Positions 51,501 through 58,716 of a DNA stretch of 64,000 nt are shown one piece after another. Position 1 is the stretch's first letter, and every line of letters starts with the position of its first letter. Source of the DNA: an uncultured virus (IMG/VR IMGVR_UViG_3300028591_000186) (lineage: Duplodnaviria; Heunggongvirae; Uroviricota; Caudoviricetes). The notes beneath the pieces were generated by a model. That model was not told the origin of the DNA and made no database searches. It worked only from the letters and a program-made list of their open reading frames with translations. The stretch is taken from IMG/VR virus record IMGVR_UViG_3300028591_000186, one strand, 5' to 3'. The translations under genes were made by a program, and so were the position numbers.

Positions 51501-51934
51501 GGTAACTTTTCTAATGCTTCAAAACCATTTGCACAATTTAGAATTGTCGAATACAGCTGAGCCATCTCATGCTCAATAGCATCTAATTCTTCATTAGACG
51601 CACTTGTAAATATTTGCGTATATTGTTTATGTAATTCTTGAAGTTTATTAGTCAGCTTAGAAGTATCCGCAGTCATTTCCATATCAGATAGCTTTGCTAT
51701 CTCATGTTCTAAAGCTGCTTTATTAAGCTGATATTGAATATCTACAGTAATCTCTGGATTCTTATCAATAATTTTTTTGATAATAGAATTTAATTCTTGT
51801 TCATTACTGTCATAATTTAGTTTTAATATTATCTCATTATCATTTAGGCGCTCTAAATGACCTTGAGCCTTTTTTAATGCATTTTCAAGACTACTAGTGT
51901 CGCCTTTAATTTTTGCAATATATTCTGTTGTCAT
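42593..51934 (-). CDS. tape measure protein (TP901-like core) with N-terminal kinase-like insert
   Basis: about 3110 aa, helical; DVLNNIGNNFSVST...GIRTIALRIAG core; start after GGAGAGGTG RBS. Confidence 0.92.
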   Translation of the reverse strand: MTTEYIAKIKGDTSSLENALKKAQGHLERLNDNEIILKLNYDSNEQELNSIIKKIIDKNPEITVDIQYQLNKAALEHEIAKLSDMEMTADTSKLTNKLQELHKQYTQIFTSASNEELDAIEHEMAQLYSTILNCANGFEALEKLPKDLQEQLEDLEDVEPLKVFSESEIKKQRTIVQKFQDKIKELSSQLKSVDDQTKNNNGFSNIAKEANDTKSSLEELVKQFGEYSKAHDYNKVSSFWEEYRRSIEEGNQEAKELLKTLNLIDDKTGDIKLVNSGMVKSGGIIGDNSVLLATKNRELSNGSDRLTETIKLKDKLNEAADAGINVARILDIVADSEKKVFLELQEKAFGKNIGDYENSWVNPEIYEATDAQIQKLIQDFKLLNELGIGVDANVSNILYNKEKGFSFIDLDLNPAQYKDDADALDDLLGGITGTIRDFYEELGDLSGVAKIDSFENRIHDIVQSTSQGVSAVKESVKSIQQTDLDNGQVVDVAELEKAQGRIEELQDSVDSLSTSLVNSVSSWQYDAVRDTLFDAEDQIDHLNSKLKEQQEIMSNVQKFYFSYGTPTEALDANYFANISEVLDVLGGKFKELDQEAEGFCEQKVNALFLQDLVSQLDLTEDQLTVIKAKFSDVFSLLPDGKFFHLSDAFTNASQVEKELREIRDIAEGIHIVTDEDIESARNILNIVKEASNKTPVSSVDITEKETTALQEQTSAVEKNTEAKRENNQVEQSQELDNIQRLNQPLLEVIDLIERKTQAFREEDVAVDSVISNEIGNLFRLSSTLEGISGQIKSMGSIPVSLDVDSSQFVKVTEDIGSAIKNLKIKDTGFLSSIQEILSKGKELENLVKILTSSKKQIDTAKTAAVSKKDKESKASYEKELSLLKEQLKLQHEIEMAKITGSDKAKEVEAKNTPIIEMLKKQIDLEKQRAKNGIKTSQQYRDMINAEKKAIQERYDAEEKGAKKVAQVRSEQKTQAETEAYVNSYIKQLESLQNKISKTIDLKGDDLVSDYVDQLEIKVNQLKEVIDKINSNQLDITNEEDKAELDDLINQAEKLKNNLEKAAKSVSISKVDNDISQYLAKNTKLSKEFRDQLIELRNRLKDDLPSDGLADIVTEFNRIKIAARDANQEGRGFFDSVKNRLDDMNAKFLAQYFSWQDWIRYAREAFEVVKQYDTALTEMMKVSDDSRESLVAYQKESFNVASTVGSTALELQNATADWMRLGESATDAAKSAHDATVLLNVSEFQNIEDATQALVSASQAYKELDKMNIVDVLNNIGNNFSVSTDQLAQGLQNAAAVLKTQGNDLNEAVALLTAGNAITQDMSKTSAGIRTIALRIAGTEEAKDELIQLGEDVDDMIVGTHAKMQGLIKDYTAVASNAYEGIDILDANGNLRNTYDILLDISEIYQEILDEDKRAGANRGQALIEAIAGKNRSNIAASILLNPQMLKDVYSSAQDSAGSAQKELDKYLDSLEGHVKEFQNATQELIFTLIDSGILKDLIDFGTDFIQILTEIVDKLGTPGVLGVLISILGILKGGQVKSAIEMFSKLGDFSKFISGASKAAPAMTQVTETILEGGSAGLEMAQSMGTAGAAMGEATGAAGGLSGIISGLASTLGISTAALGAFAAAAVLIAGAVIAWDTFTVTVKEAQQAIQESESKVSELQSEIDELNAIELRTDGQQQRLKYLESALELQNQILESARETYLLEKYGNKFSDQFDSDNAYTQYQNDMAGRALEFNGEEYVDVNKESIAGSIALLDEYRKRVADAKAEDNKRAKALEGVKQVEASLRDEEKKYSDEVLDYNQKILDAKEAIASGVFSPDSSQYANAVEMIQSYSRWVQEDLAVIRDVQKALGTYDDFTEEKLRGIASNVSYGGDTENTYRNLINLTKDFSNEEKAVWFDAVKNANSYSEAVRLGEEALAKLNHTQDDVADGAESLVDTWNKSEALAKFDIDEAAFDKYLETFRELNPELEATPELLEQIAVANMAFDQSVEDLRSHLNDYVENLETLDSSSVEYANSVKALAQDLSGLTGIDFSITDAQNFAADQANLELLRQALDGDNDALNRLRMNAASPIMIDIFANAGLDTTNFDLEFNSFIDWLNNTDLGTLEAQTYLNESPFIEKLKAVIIQGGEAAATLKKLFASLGWDITWDTKPMKVPSLNSNGKSFTQIPTSELNKMSASQKAKYLNASGGWRYDMIDVPTNIRFTPKGSGTTTTAPRISKPTSSSGSNYKPSQKSGGSGGGGGGSSSPSSSKDKTEDPTEEAKKDEEELEDTYDEFFDYFERRLKVISDAISLLDANLENVVGSKTKNTLLDAQMRIYKMQQDEYAGAQDMYQEMADRALAKIDDSDIVEKIKNGAVAIDEFIGKGNEEVVEAINDYTKWADKVADCKQQLAELREEIRQLELTKMKNILQDWQDVFDLRQSNAIDLIDKQIDLIEETGNLVGRAFYEQQRSQTEGQLRAMEQARRELSDELNRGLSNGTIEIGSDEWLEEVGLLQEVEGQILDCKKAIEEYDNSILNIHTEVFERIQDQFDNLDSEISDLVSLLEDVEPGDDFGNWTKEGIAQAGLLAQQYELANKQTKSLSEEIAYLNSQYNSGKYSTTEYTERLADLTSQQRSSAKAAEDAKKSLISLNKARIDIEITAIQKDVEEYKKLIDAQKKSLQASKDLHDYEKNIAGQNRNISDIERRLAAMSGDNTASAIAKRKALEKELSDARMELEETEYDHSITSQQDALDQQAEQYETARQAEIDKLNEYLENETQVLSDTFEAVKARALEIGQTIAQTAQEHGIQVSESLTAAWKAGSDAIASYGEVLTPATSEFIAQLEDVEEHTWELQEQADVTSVQLAAMFANRADNLVDELQHSWDSEANLNEMTKALEDSFVHTIDTAGHIGEIVASNMAEAEAATDAVKDAAESAADAFNDMADSASAAGSAARSAISDLNALEAKANDSSWKSGTAYEPPYKTHYTSVYNAPYSGVQWDSIGGHYKKKAKGLRKADQNELMWTQELGDEVIVSPTRNSILTPIKKNDSILTASMTKNLWELAKVDPKQLLEGNGANISAPQIQSNNSSVQIGTLVNVEGSISDDNLTDVKQTIQEELKKTFRNINSGLLR

Positions 51935-52011
51935 ATAGATCACCTCTCCGACAAAAAAAAAAGAAGACATATTGTCTTCTTTAGTTTCACACTATATAAA
52001 ATATAAACTAA

Positions 52012-52776
52012 TTACACATAATATATTTCACCATCATCGATTCTATAACACGCTAATTTTGCATCAGGATATTTATTCCGATAAACAGAACCACAATCTA
52101 TATTATGATAAATACAACGATTATCACGGTTGTATTTAGTAAAAACTTTACCCCTTTTATAAACTAATTCTGATTCAAAAATGGTAGGTGTGTGTCCCGC
52201 TATAATGGTATAACCCTTTAAGTCTTTGGCAGAATATACACATTCTCCCCTAGCATACAAATTATAATCATGTAAACTAGTATAACCATACTCTTTATAT
52301 AGTTTTGAATAACCAGCATGAACCAAAATGAATTTTTGATTATTATGCTTAATATGTAATCTTGCATAATATTTCATATTACTAAATAAATCTTTCCACT
52401 CATTTAATTGCTCTAAATCAAAATGATAAATCTTAATTAAATTGCGGATTGTATCATACATATCAAAATATCGATATACATTACTAATTTCCGTACATAT
52501 ATCAATTAGTGATTTTGCTGAATTGATTGAATTTAAGATATTTATATTTTCTATAAATTCTTGTTCATGATTGCCACGCAAATATACAAACGGCTTTTCT
52601 GTATGACTTTTTATCCATTCTATCATATCATAACTACACATACCACGATCTATGTAATCACCTAAAAAGAATATTTGGTCTTCATCATAATCAAAATGAA
52701 TCATATCAAATAATTCTATAAATTCTTGATAACATCCATGAATATCACTAATAGCATATGTGCTCATATTATTCAC
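52012..52776 (-). CDS. Ser/Thr protein phosphatase-like metallophosphoesterase (PPP family)
   Basis: SDIHG, GDYIDRG, RGNHE, VHAG, GHT motifs. Confidence 0.9.
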   Translation of the reverse strand: MNNMSTYAISDIHGCYQEFIELFDMIHFDYDEDQIFFLGDYIDRGMCSYDMIEWIKSHTEKPFVYLRGNHEQEFIENINILNSINSAKSLIDICTEISNVYRYFDMYDTIRNLIKIYHFDLEQLNEWKDLFSNMKYYARLHIKHNNQKFILVHAGYSKLYKEYGYTSLHDYNLYARGECVYSAKDLKGYTIIAGHTPTIFESELVYKRGKVFTKYNRDNRCIYHNIDCGSVYRNKYPDAKLACYRIDDGEIYYV

Positions 52777-52816
52777 CTCTTTATAGAAGTAGCATAATAC
52801 TCGCTCATCCTTTTTG

Positions 52817-53359
52817 TCAATTAAATGCTTTACTCAACGCGTCGCTAAACATTTTATCCATATTTGACTTTTTCATAATTCTTCCAAATTCTCTATCCAT
52901 TAGTGTTTTAGGAGCCGGAGACATATTTTTGATAGTTTTTACTCTGATTAATTCCTTACCATATCCGGAACCTCTATATTTGTTCATCTTGCCTTTGTCT
53001 TTTTTATTAATTCCATGTATTCCTTTAACAAATGTTCTATCAAATACCCAGCCTTTATATGCTCTATATGGATTACCAGGAATGTTTGAACTTGAAACAT
53101 TGATGCCTGCAAAATAAGAATCTCCAAATTGTTGGATACCTTGTCCGAACACGTCGTTATATGCATTAGATCCTAAATAAGTACTATAAGTTCTTTCGTA
53201 ACTTTTTGGATTGGGGTAGTCTTCGTAAAATTGTTCAATGAACGTTTCGTATGCGTTTTCAATTTTAAAGGCAACTTCATCTGCTAATTCTTTAACCGCT
53301 TTATTATATTTGCTTTTAATATCATTTTCTATTCCTTTTAATCCTTGATTTTTTGTCAT
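52817..53359 (-). CDS. hypothetical tail-region protein
   Basis: 180 aa; YERTY motif. Confidence 0.7.
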   Translation of the reverse strand: MTKNQGLKGIENDIKSKYNKAVKELADEVAFKIENAYETFIEQFYEDYPNPKSYERTYSTYLGSNAYNDVFGQGIQQFGDSYFAGINVSSSNIPGNPYRAYKGWVFDRTFVKGIHGINKKDKGKMNKYRGSGYGKELIRVKTIKNMSPAPKTLMDREFGRIMKKSNMDKMFSDALSKAFN

Positions 53360-53504
53360 AATTCACACCTTTCCGGCGCAAATTACGCCAAAAATAATAC
53401 TCCCTCCGGCTATGACCCCGAAGAGAGTTGTGCTATAATCCTCATGTACGTACTGCAACTATTAACATAGGTAGCTGCCGCCTTAATCCGAAAGGAGGCT
53501 TGCT

Positions 53505-53675
53505 GTGAAAGCAATGGTAATAACTACAGCATTAGCCTCTTGCTTATCACAAATCTTTCAGAGAATAGCATTAGCAATATTATTACTAAAAGAAAGTGAT
53601 CAGATAACGGCTTTGAAAACCTCAAAAGAAGGATACAAGGTCTTATTTGGCAAGAACTGTGAACCGCTTTTATAA
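53505..53675 (+). CDS. small hydrophobic peptide (56 aa), type I toxin-like
   Basis: AAAGGAGG RBS; GTG start; TGCTATAAT at 53431-53439; antisense to the late operon. Confidence 0.5.
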   Translation: MKAMVITTALASCLSQIFQRIALAILLLKESDQITALKTSKEGYKVLFGKNCEPLL

Positions 53676-53718
53676 TAGTTCACATGAGGATTGGAAGGAT
53701 ATCATACACATGTGTACA

Positions 53719-53747
53719 GAAAGAGCAAGGACTATCCTTGCTCTTTC
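53719..53747. terminator. bidirectional hairpin terminator
   Basis: GAAAGAGCAAGG-actat-CCTTGCTCTTTC. Confidence 0.7.
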
Positions 53748-53793
53748 GTTATTACCCCCATAGGTTATGACCCCTACGACACCGCTGGCATAA

Positions 53794-54231
53794 TTAATTA
53801 TTATCAAGTTTAGCCATTACTTGACGAATTGCTTCTCTTTCCTTTTCAGTAGATGCTTCCTGCATTGCCTGTTCTAAATGATCAAACATCATAGCTTTTC
53901 CGCTATAGCCACCATTATAATTCATACCACGACCATTCATAGCATAGCTATTCCCATCACGATACATAATTCTACCATTATAACCATAGCTATTCATGCC
54001 ACGATAACTATTACCATCACGAGGCATTACGCCGTCATCATAATAACCATACATGGTTCTCATGGAATTGCCATTCATACCCATTTCTTTTTCCATAGAT
54101 TCAGCCAAATCCTTACGAACATCAGCCAATTTATAGAGATTAGAAAGAGATGCATCATTAAGCTCAGGTTGCGTTGTAATCTTATCAATCTCACAATCAA
54201 CAAGTTTTAAAGCTTTTTCATAATCGAACAT
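53794..54231 (-). CDS. hypothetical Gly/Tyr/Met-rich protein
   Basis: RDGNSY repeats; member of the 53.8-56.7 kb cluster. Confidence 0.75.
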   Translation of the reverse strand: MFDYEKALKLVDCEIDKITTQPELNDASLSNLYKLADVRKDLAESMEKEMGMNGNSMRTMYGYYDDGVMPRDGNSYRGMNSYGYNGRIMYRDGNSYAMNGRGMNYNGGYSGKAMMFDHLEQAMQEASTEKEREAIRQVMAKLDNN

Positions 54232-54245
54232 TTTTATCTCCTTTC

Positions 54246-54722
54246 TTACCTTGTCATGAACAGATCAGGGCGGGAGAATATAATATTCGTATTCTGTACC
54301 TGAATAGGTTGATCTGATGTATTCCGAACAGTAACTGTTTCACAACACCCACGCCAAATATCAACGTTGATTGAACGAGAAACATTGAAATATTGATCAA
54401 CCGCAGCAGGAGTAACGATCATATTACTTGCCGGGACAGTCGCACCATCTACTGAAATAGCGACTGAAATCGGCCCTACTGTGCCGCCTGTAGGTATAGA
54501 TATGTTTGCTCCAAAATCTACAAGATATTCCGCAGAATTGTTACCGCATCCACATCCACAATTACATCCACCGAAAAACGGAACATATCCACTCAGCAGA
54601 AAATTGCCAGTACCATCCCTATGACGTACAAAACCTCGCCTACAAGGACTTGTAGACTCAGTAAACACGATTGATTCTCCGGGATTGACAATCTGAATGG
54701 CATTTGCACTATACTCAGCCAT
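54246..54722 (-). CDS. beta-sandwich protein (BclA-C-like), Cys-rich
   Basis: 158 aa; beta-rich pattern. Confidence 0.7.
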   Translation of the reverse strand: MAEYSANAIQIVNPGESIVFTESTSPCRRGFVRHRDGTGNFLLSGYVPFFGGCNCGCGCGNNSAEYLVDFGANISIPTGGTVGPISVAISVDGATVPASNMIVTPAAVDQYFNVSRSINVDIWRGCCETVTVRNTSDQPIQVQNTNIIFSRPDLFMTR

Positions 54723-54736
54723 TATGCCACCTCCCT

Positions 54737-55468
54737 TCAGTTAGAACCACATCCGCAACCGTAACCATAACCCTGATTGCAGCAATACGGTGAAGGTACA
54801 ACGTATGCCGGACGAGGAGTAGGAGCAAGATACTGCTCAAGAGCAGCTGTCTGAGCCTCATTATTTGCAAGAATAGCGGCTGTCTGTGCATTCTGTGATG
54901 CTGCAAGCTGTGACATTGTAAGCTGTTGCTGAAGAGCTGCAATTTGCTCATTTTTAGCATCAATCTTATCCTGACACATTTGATCTTTAATATTCTGAAT
55001 GCCCGAATTAACAGTATTAAGAACACTTTGAAGAGCATCAGTAACCGCTGCACGATCTGCACATGCTTCAGTAGCAACCGTATACTTCAAATCTGCAACT
55101 GCTGCACGATTTTCACAACTATTAGTTGCCTGATTCATAGCAAGATTACTTATCTGATTAGTCAGATTAGCAAGTTGGTTACAGCGAGATACTTCTGCAT
55201 TTGCAAGAGAAGTGTTGATACCGCTGATACCACTCATGATAGCCGCCTGATCAAAACCATTTTGCACATCGTTTACAACATAGGGAACAGATCCGCCATT
55301 ACCACCGAATCCATTACCCCAACCGCCAAATCCACCATTCATAAAAGCGAAAATGAATAAGACGATTATCCAGAAAGACCCGCCGTCGTTCCATCCGAAA
55401 CCATTACTACCATTACCTACCACTGCTGCTACATCTGCCGCAGACAGATCACCATTTGAAAGTGCCAT
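54737..55468 (-). CDS. Gly-rich TM plus coiled-coil protein
   Basis: WIIVLFIFAF TM; Cys/Gly-rich tail. Confidence 0.8.
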   Translation of the reverse strand: MALSNGDLSAADVAAVVGNGSNGFGWNDGGSFWIIVLFIFAFMNGGFGGWGNGFGGNGGSVPYVVNDVQNGFDQAAIMSGISGINTSLANAEVSRCNQLANLTNQISNLAMNQATNSCENRAAVADLKYTVATEACADRAAVTDALQSVLNTVNSGIQNIKDQMCQDKIDAKNEQIAALQQQLTMSQLAASQNAQTAAILANNEAQTAALEQYLAPTPRPAYVVPSPYCCNQGYGYGCGCGSN

Positions 55469-55597
55469 TTGGAAACTCCTTTCGTTAAAAAAACATTAAT
55501 AAGTTATTTATTACTATCATGCGCATGAATTAGTAATCGAAATTAAAAAAGCCGTGTATATAAATACACGACGGAGTTCCTTTTAATCCTAAAAAAC

Positions 55598-55819
55598 CTA
55601 TTTCAAAATTCCCTGTAATTGTCTCGCCATACCTTGAATTTGATTGAATTGCTGTTGTGTCATTTTTCCAGAATTCAATAAATCCTGTACTTGTTGTTTT
55701 GCATCACCCTTAAAATTTTGCTTAAATTGATTAAAGCTGTTTATGAAATTTGCCATATTCCCAAATGGGCCGTTATTTTGATTATTACCACCCATTTGAT
55801 TAAATATTGGATTTCCCAT
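55598..55819 (-). CDS. small Gln/Asn-rich protein
   Basis: LLNSGKMTQQQFNQ motif. Confidence 0.75.
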   Translation of the reverse strand: MGNPIFNQMGGNNQNNGPFGNMANFINSFNQFKQNFKGDAKQQVQDLLNSGKMTQQQFNQIQGMARQLQGILK

Positions 55820-56328
55820 TATTTGTTCCTCCGTCTTGATGTTGTACTAATATCAGATTCTTCTTTGTTTTCACTTGATAATTGTTTTCTAAGAGAATCT
55901 AATTCTTCAAGAACTAAATTAAAATCTTCCTGTTTTACAAATCCTTTTAGATCTTCTTTTTTTGCAAAATCAACATTTTCCACAACTTCTGGTACTATTT
56001 CTTCATCATCGGTTTCTTCAATCAAACGGTAAGTACGCATCTTTTGTGGCTTTCCATCTTTATCTGCTGATTTCATATAGATGTATGGATTTTCACTATC
56101 CATAAGTAAAAGAGAGTGTCCCGGAGCAACAAGATAAGCTTTTGCAGCCTCTTTCCCTTCAACCCATATGAAACTATTATTTTCCTGACTTTGTTGTTCT
56201 TGCTGTTGAGGTTGCATCATAGGTTGTTGCGGGACATACTGCATTTGTGGTTGCTGAACCATAGGTATATTCTGTTGAGCAGGCCATATAAATTGCTGTT
56301 GAGGCAAATATGGATTTTGATAAATCAT
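55819..56328 (-). CDS. Gln/Pro-rich protein
   Basis: WVEG...AKAYLVAPG...LMDSE...YMKSAD motif. Confidence 0.75.
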   Translation of the reverse strand: MIYQNPYLPQQQFIWPAQQNIPMVQQPQMQYVPQQPMMQPQQQEQQSQENNSFIWVEGKEAAKAYLVAPGHSLLLMDSENPYIYMKSADKDGKPQKMRTYRLIEETDDEEIVPEVVENVDFAKKEDLKGFVKQEDFNLVLEELDSLRKQLSSENKEESDISTTSRRRNK

Positions 56329-56329
56329 A

Positions 56330-56701
56330 TTAATATTTCCTTTCATATATCCAAATTATCTGTTCAGATCCCGAATCCCATGAATCGAAATAGACCCCGT
56401 TTTTTACTCCAACCACATGATCTCCGGTTCCCAATAAAAAAATCCCGGATGGATACATATCAGTAAATTGCTTGACTGTATAACATCCGGGACATGAACT
56501 AAATCTTTCGAACCCATTTTCCCTTAATAATTTATCGTGAATATAATTGGTCGAAGGCATCATTTTTTCTTCAAAACCATATAACATAAGTTTTATATAA
56601 GCTTCATCCCAACTACAATTCAATACAACAGTTAAAGCCCTTGGAACACAATCTCCAGTAGATCGGTTCAAAGGATTGGGGTTATATTTTTTCCATGACA
56701 T
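56330..56701 (-). CDS. putative papain-like Cys peptidase fold protein
   Basis: GDCVPRAL...HVV...DSWD (Cys-His-Asp order). Confidence 0.6.
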   Translation of the reverse strand: MSWKKYNPNPLNRSTGDCVPRALTVVLNCSWDEAYIKLMLYGFEEKMMPSTNYIHDKLLRENGFERFSSCPGCYTVKQFTDMYPSGIFLLGTGDHVVGVKNGVYFDSWDSGSEQIIWIYERKY

Positions 56702-57246
56702 TATTTTTCCTTTATGAATTGTGTAATTTTATTTTTGATTTCTGGAGTTTGAAGAGCCTGTTCAAATGTGTTTAGCAACATAGAAACAGCTTCAAACTTA
56801 GTTTCAAAGAATGGAATAATAGAACGATTAAGATCTACTTCATCATCTACAACTATATTTAAAACAGTTGTAAATTTAGTAACATCGTCTCCAATTGCAT
56901 TCATAATCGATTCAATAAGACCATTTTGTTCAAGAATATCAAAATCTTTACTAATATCATACTGAACAATAAATCCATCTATTTCTTTTTCTTTCTCAAA
57001 TTTATCCCATTCCAAATCCGTATATAACTCAATTACAGCCCGCACAAATAGAAAATATCTCAATGGGGAATTGATAACAAAAGTATCTTTACCATTAATA
57101 TTCTTATACATAGTTGCTTTCACTATTTGTCGAACAGAATCAATTTTTTGATAATACGGAATATATGTGGTTTTAATATGCTTCTTCACAAAAGCATCTT
57201 TCTGTTTTGAAGTGTTGTATTTTTTTGCAAATTCTGAAATTAACAT
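56701..57246 (-). CDS. hypothetical protein (possible tail assembly chaperone)
   Basis: 181 aa; lies between tail tube and TMP. Confidence 0.6.
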   Translation of the reverse strand: MLISEFAKKYNTSKQKDAFVKKHIKTTYIPYYQKIDSVRQIVKATMYKNINGKDTFVINSPLRYFLFVRAVIELYTDLEWDKFEKEKEIDGFIVQYDISKDFDILEQNGLIESIMNAIGDDVTKFTTVLNIVVDDEVDLNRSIIPFFETKFEAVSMLLNTFEQALQTPEIKNKITQFIKEK

Positions 57247-57258
57247 TTTTCTTCCCTT

Positions 57259-57444
57259 TTAGTCCTTTCTTACTTCAAACTCCCACTCATAACCATCGTC
57301 CGTATATATTCGAAATTTATCTGAATATGCATCATAATGAACATGTGTTATCTGAGGAGAAGATGAGCAAATATTGAAATAATCTGTCCTTTTAATCATG
57401 TAACCATTATCAGCTAACAGCTGGGATATTTCTGTTGAATACAT
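57259..57444 (-). CDS. small hypothetical protein
   Basis: 61-aa ORF. Confidence 0.6.
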   Translation of the reverse strand: MYSTEISQLLADNGYMIKRTDYFNICSSSPQITHVHYDAYSDKFRIYTDDGYEWEFEVRKD

Positions 57445-57479
57445 GATTGTATACCTATGTGTTAAATAAACTTTAAGAT

Positions 57480-58478
57480 TTAATTACCTTTTATACCTTC
57501 TGAGGTAAAGAATTTTCCAAAGGAATCTGAAGCCTCCGAGTCATTGTAGACGGAAAGCATATCTGCACTAGACCAATTGAAGTATGCTTGAATAACATCA
57601 CTTGGAACACCAAGCTTAAATAGTCTTGTGCATAATTGATGTCTTAATGCATGAAAATAAAATGGTTTTCCAAGATATCTTGTTATTGTTTGAGCATAAG
57701 AATCTAAAGTTCCAATAGTATACACTTTTCCATCAGCATTAGAAAATATATATTCACTTTCCTTAAAATGCTTTTCGTTCTTTTCTTTAATCCATAAATC
57801 TAAATATTTCTTAAAATCCAAAAGTGTATATTTAATAGAGGGCTTTCCCTGAACTCCTCGCCCTTTGGTTTGGATTGTTTCAGGAGTTCTATATAATGCA
57901 GCGTCCGACATAATATTTTCGTCATCGAAAAACGCAGTCTTAAAACGTAACAGTTCAGATTTTCTCGCTCCGCTAAACGCTGCAAGAGCAAAAGCACATG
58001 CTATAGAATATTTCTTATCTTCAACTAACTGTTTTAAAACATTATCAACTTCTTGATCAGTTATAATTGTTTTTTCTCTAACAGTTTGTTTAACAGGAGA
58101 TTCAATCTTGTAGATAATAGAACGATAATTCTTAATCTCATCATCAAGTATATTTTCAATATAATTTGAAAGACTACTTAAACATGATTTTACTCTAGCT
58201 AATCTATTTGAGCTCCATTTCCATTCTGTCATTGCGTATTTTTGAAATTTCGCTACTTCACGTTTTGTTAGATCAACAAAATATTTATTATCATTATTAT
58301 CTATATTCCAACAAAAGAAGATATACAAATCGTTTTTATATCCCGCGATTGTATTGGGGCTTCGGTCTACTGATACAAGATAATCGAGAAAATCATTTAT
58401 AAGTTCTATATTTTTTGGATTTATTCTAGCAATTTTTTCTGAACTTGTTATTTCATTATATACGGTTGTACGTCCCAT
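57480..58478 (-). CDS. XerC/D-like tyrosine recombinase (second recombinase, in tail module)
   Basis: GARKSEL, TKG, HALRH, NWSS...VYND catalytic pattern; no arm-binding domain. Confidence 0.9.
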   Translation of the reverse strand: MGRTTVYNEITSSEKIARINPKNIELINDFLDYLVSVDRSPNTIAGYKNDLYIFFCWNIDNNDNKYFVDLTKREVAKFQKYAMTEWKWSSNRLARVKSCLSSLSNYIENILDDEIKNYRSIIYKIESPVKQTVREKTIITDQEVDNVLKQLVEDKKYSIACAFALAAFSGARKSELLRFKTAFFDDENIMSDAALYRTPETIQTKGRGVQGKPSIKYTLLDFKKYLDLWIKEKNEKHFKESEYIFSNADGKVYTIGTLDSYAQTITRYLGKPFYFHALRHQLCTRLFKLGVPSDVIQAYFNWSSADMLSVYNDSEASDSFGKFFTSEGIKGN

Positions 58479-58514
58479 GATCCCCTCCTCTCAGACAAAA
58501 CCTCTATATATAAA

Positions 58515-58581
58515 AAACGTGGGCAGAAGAGTAGAGGTTCTCTTCTCAACAGGCTCATGACTTCCTGTTGTTCCCACGTTT
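58515..58581 (-). ncRNA. three-way-junction leader RNA upstream of the recombinase
   Basis: stems 58515-58523/58573-58581, 58525-58531/58540-58546, 58547-58553/58564-58570. Confidence 0.55.
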
Positions 58582-58716
58582 AATACCAAATTTATAAAAA
58601 ACCAAATAACTACATTGACAATTTTACATCATTTTCGTCGTTTTCTAGTCCACGTGGACAATTTACCACCCGCCACATGAAAACTAGAAATTGATTATTT
58701 TTTACAAATGTCATCT

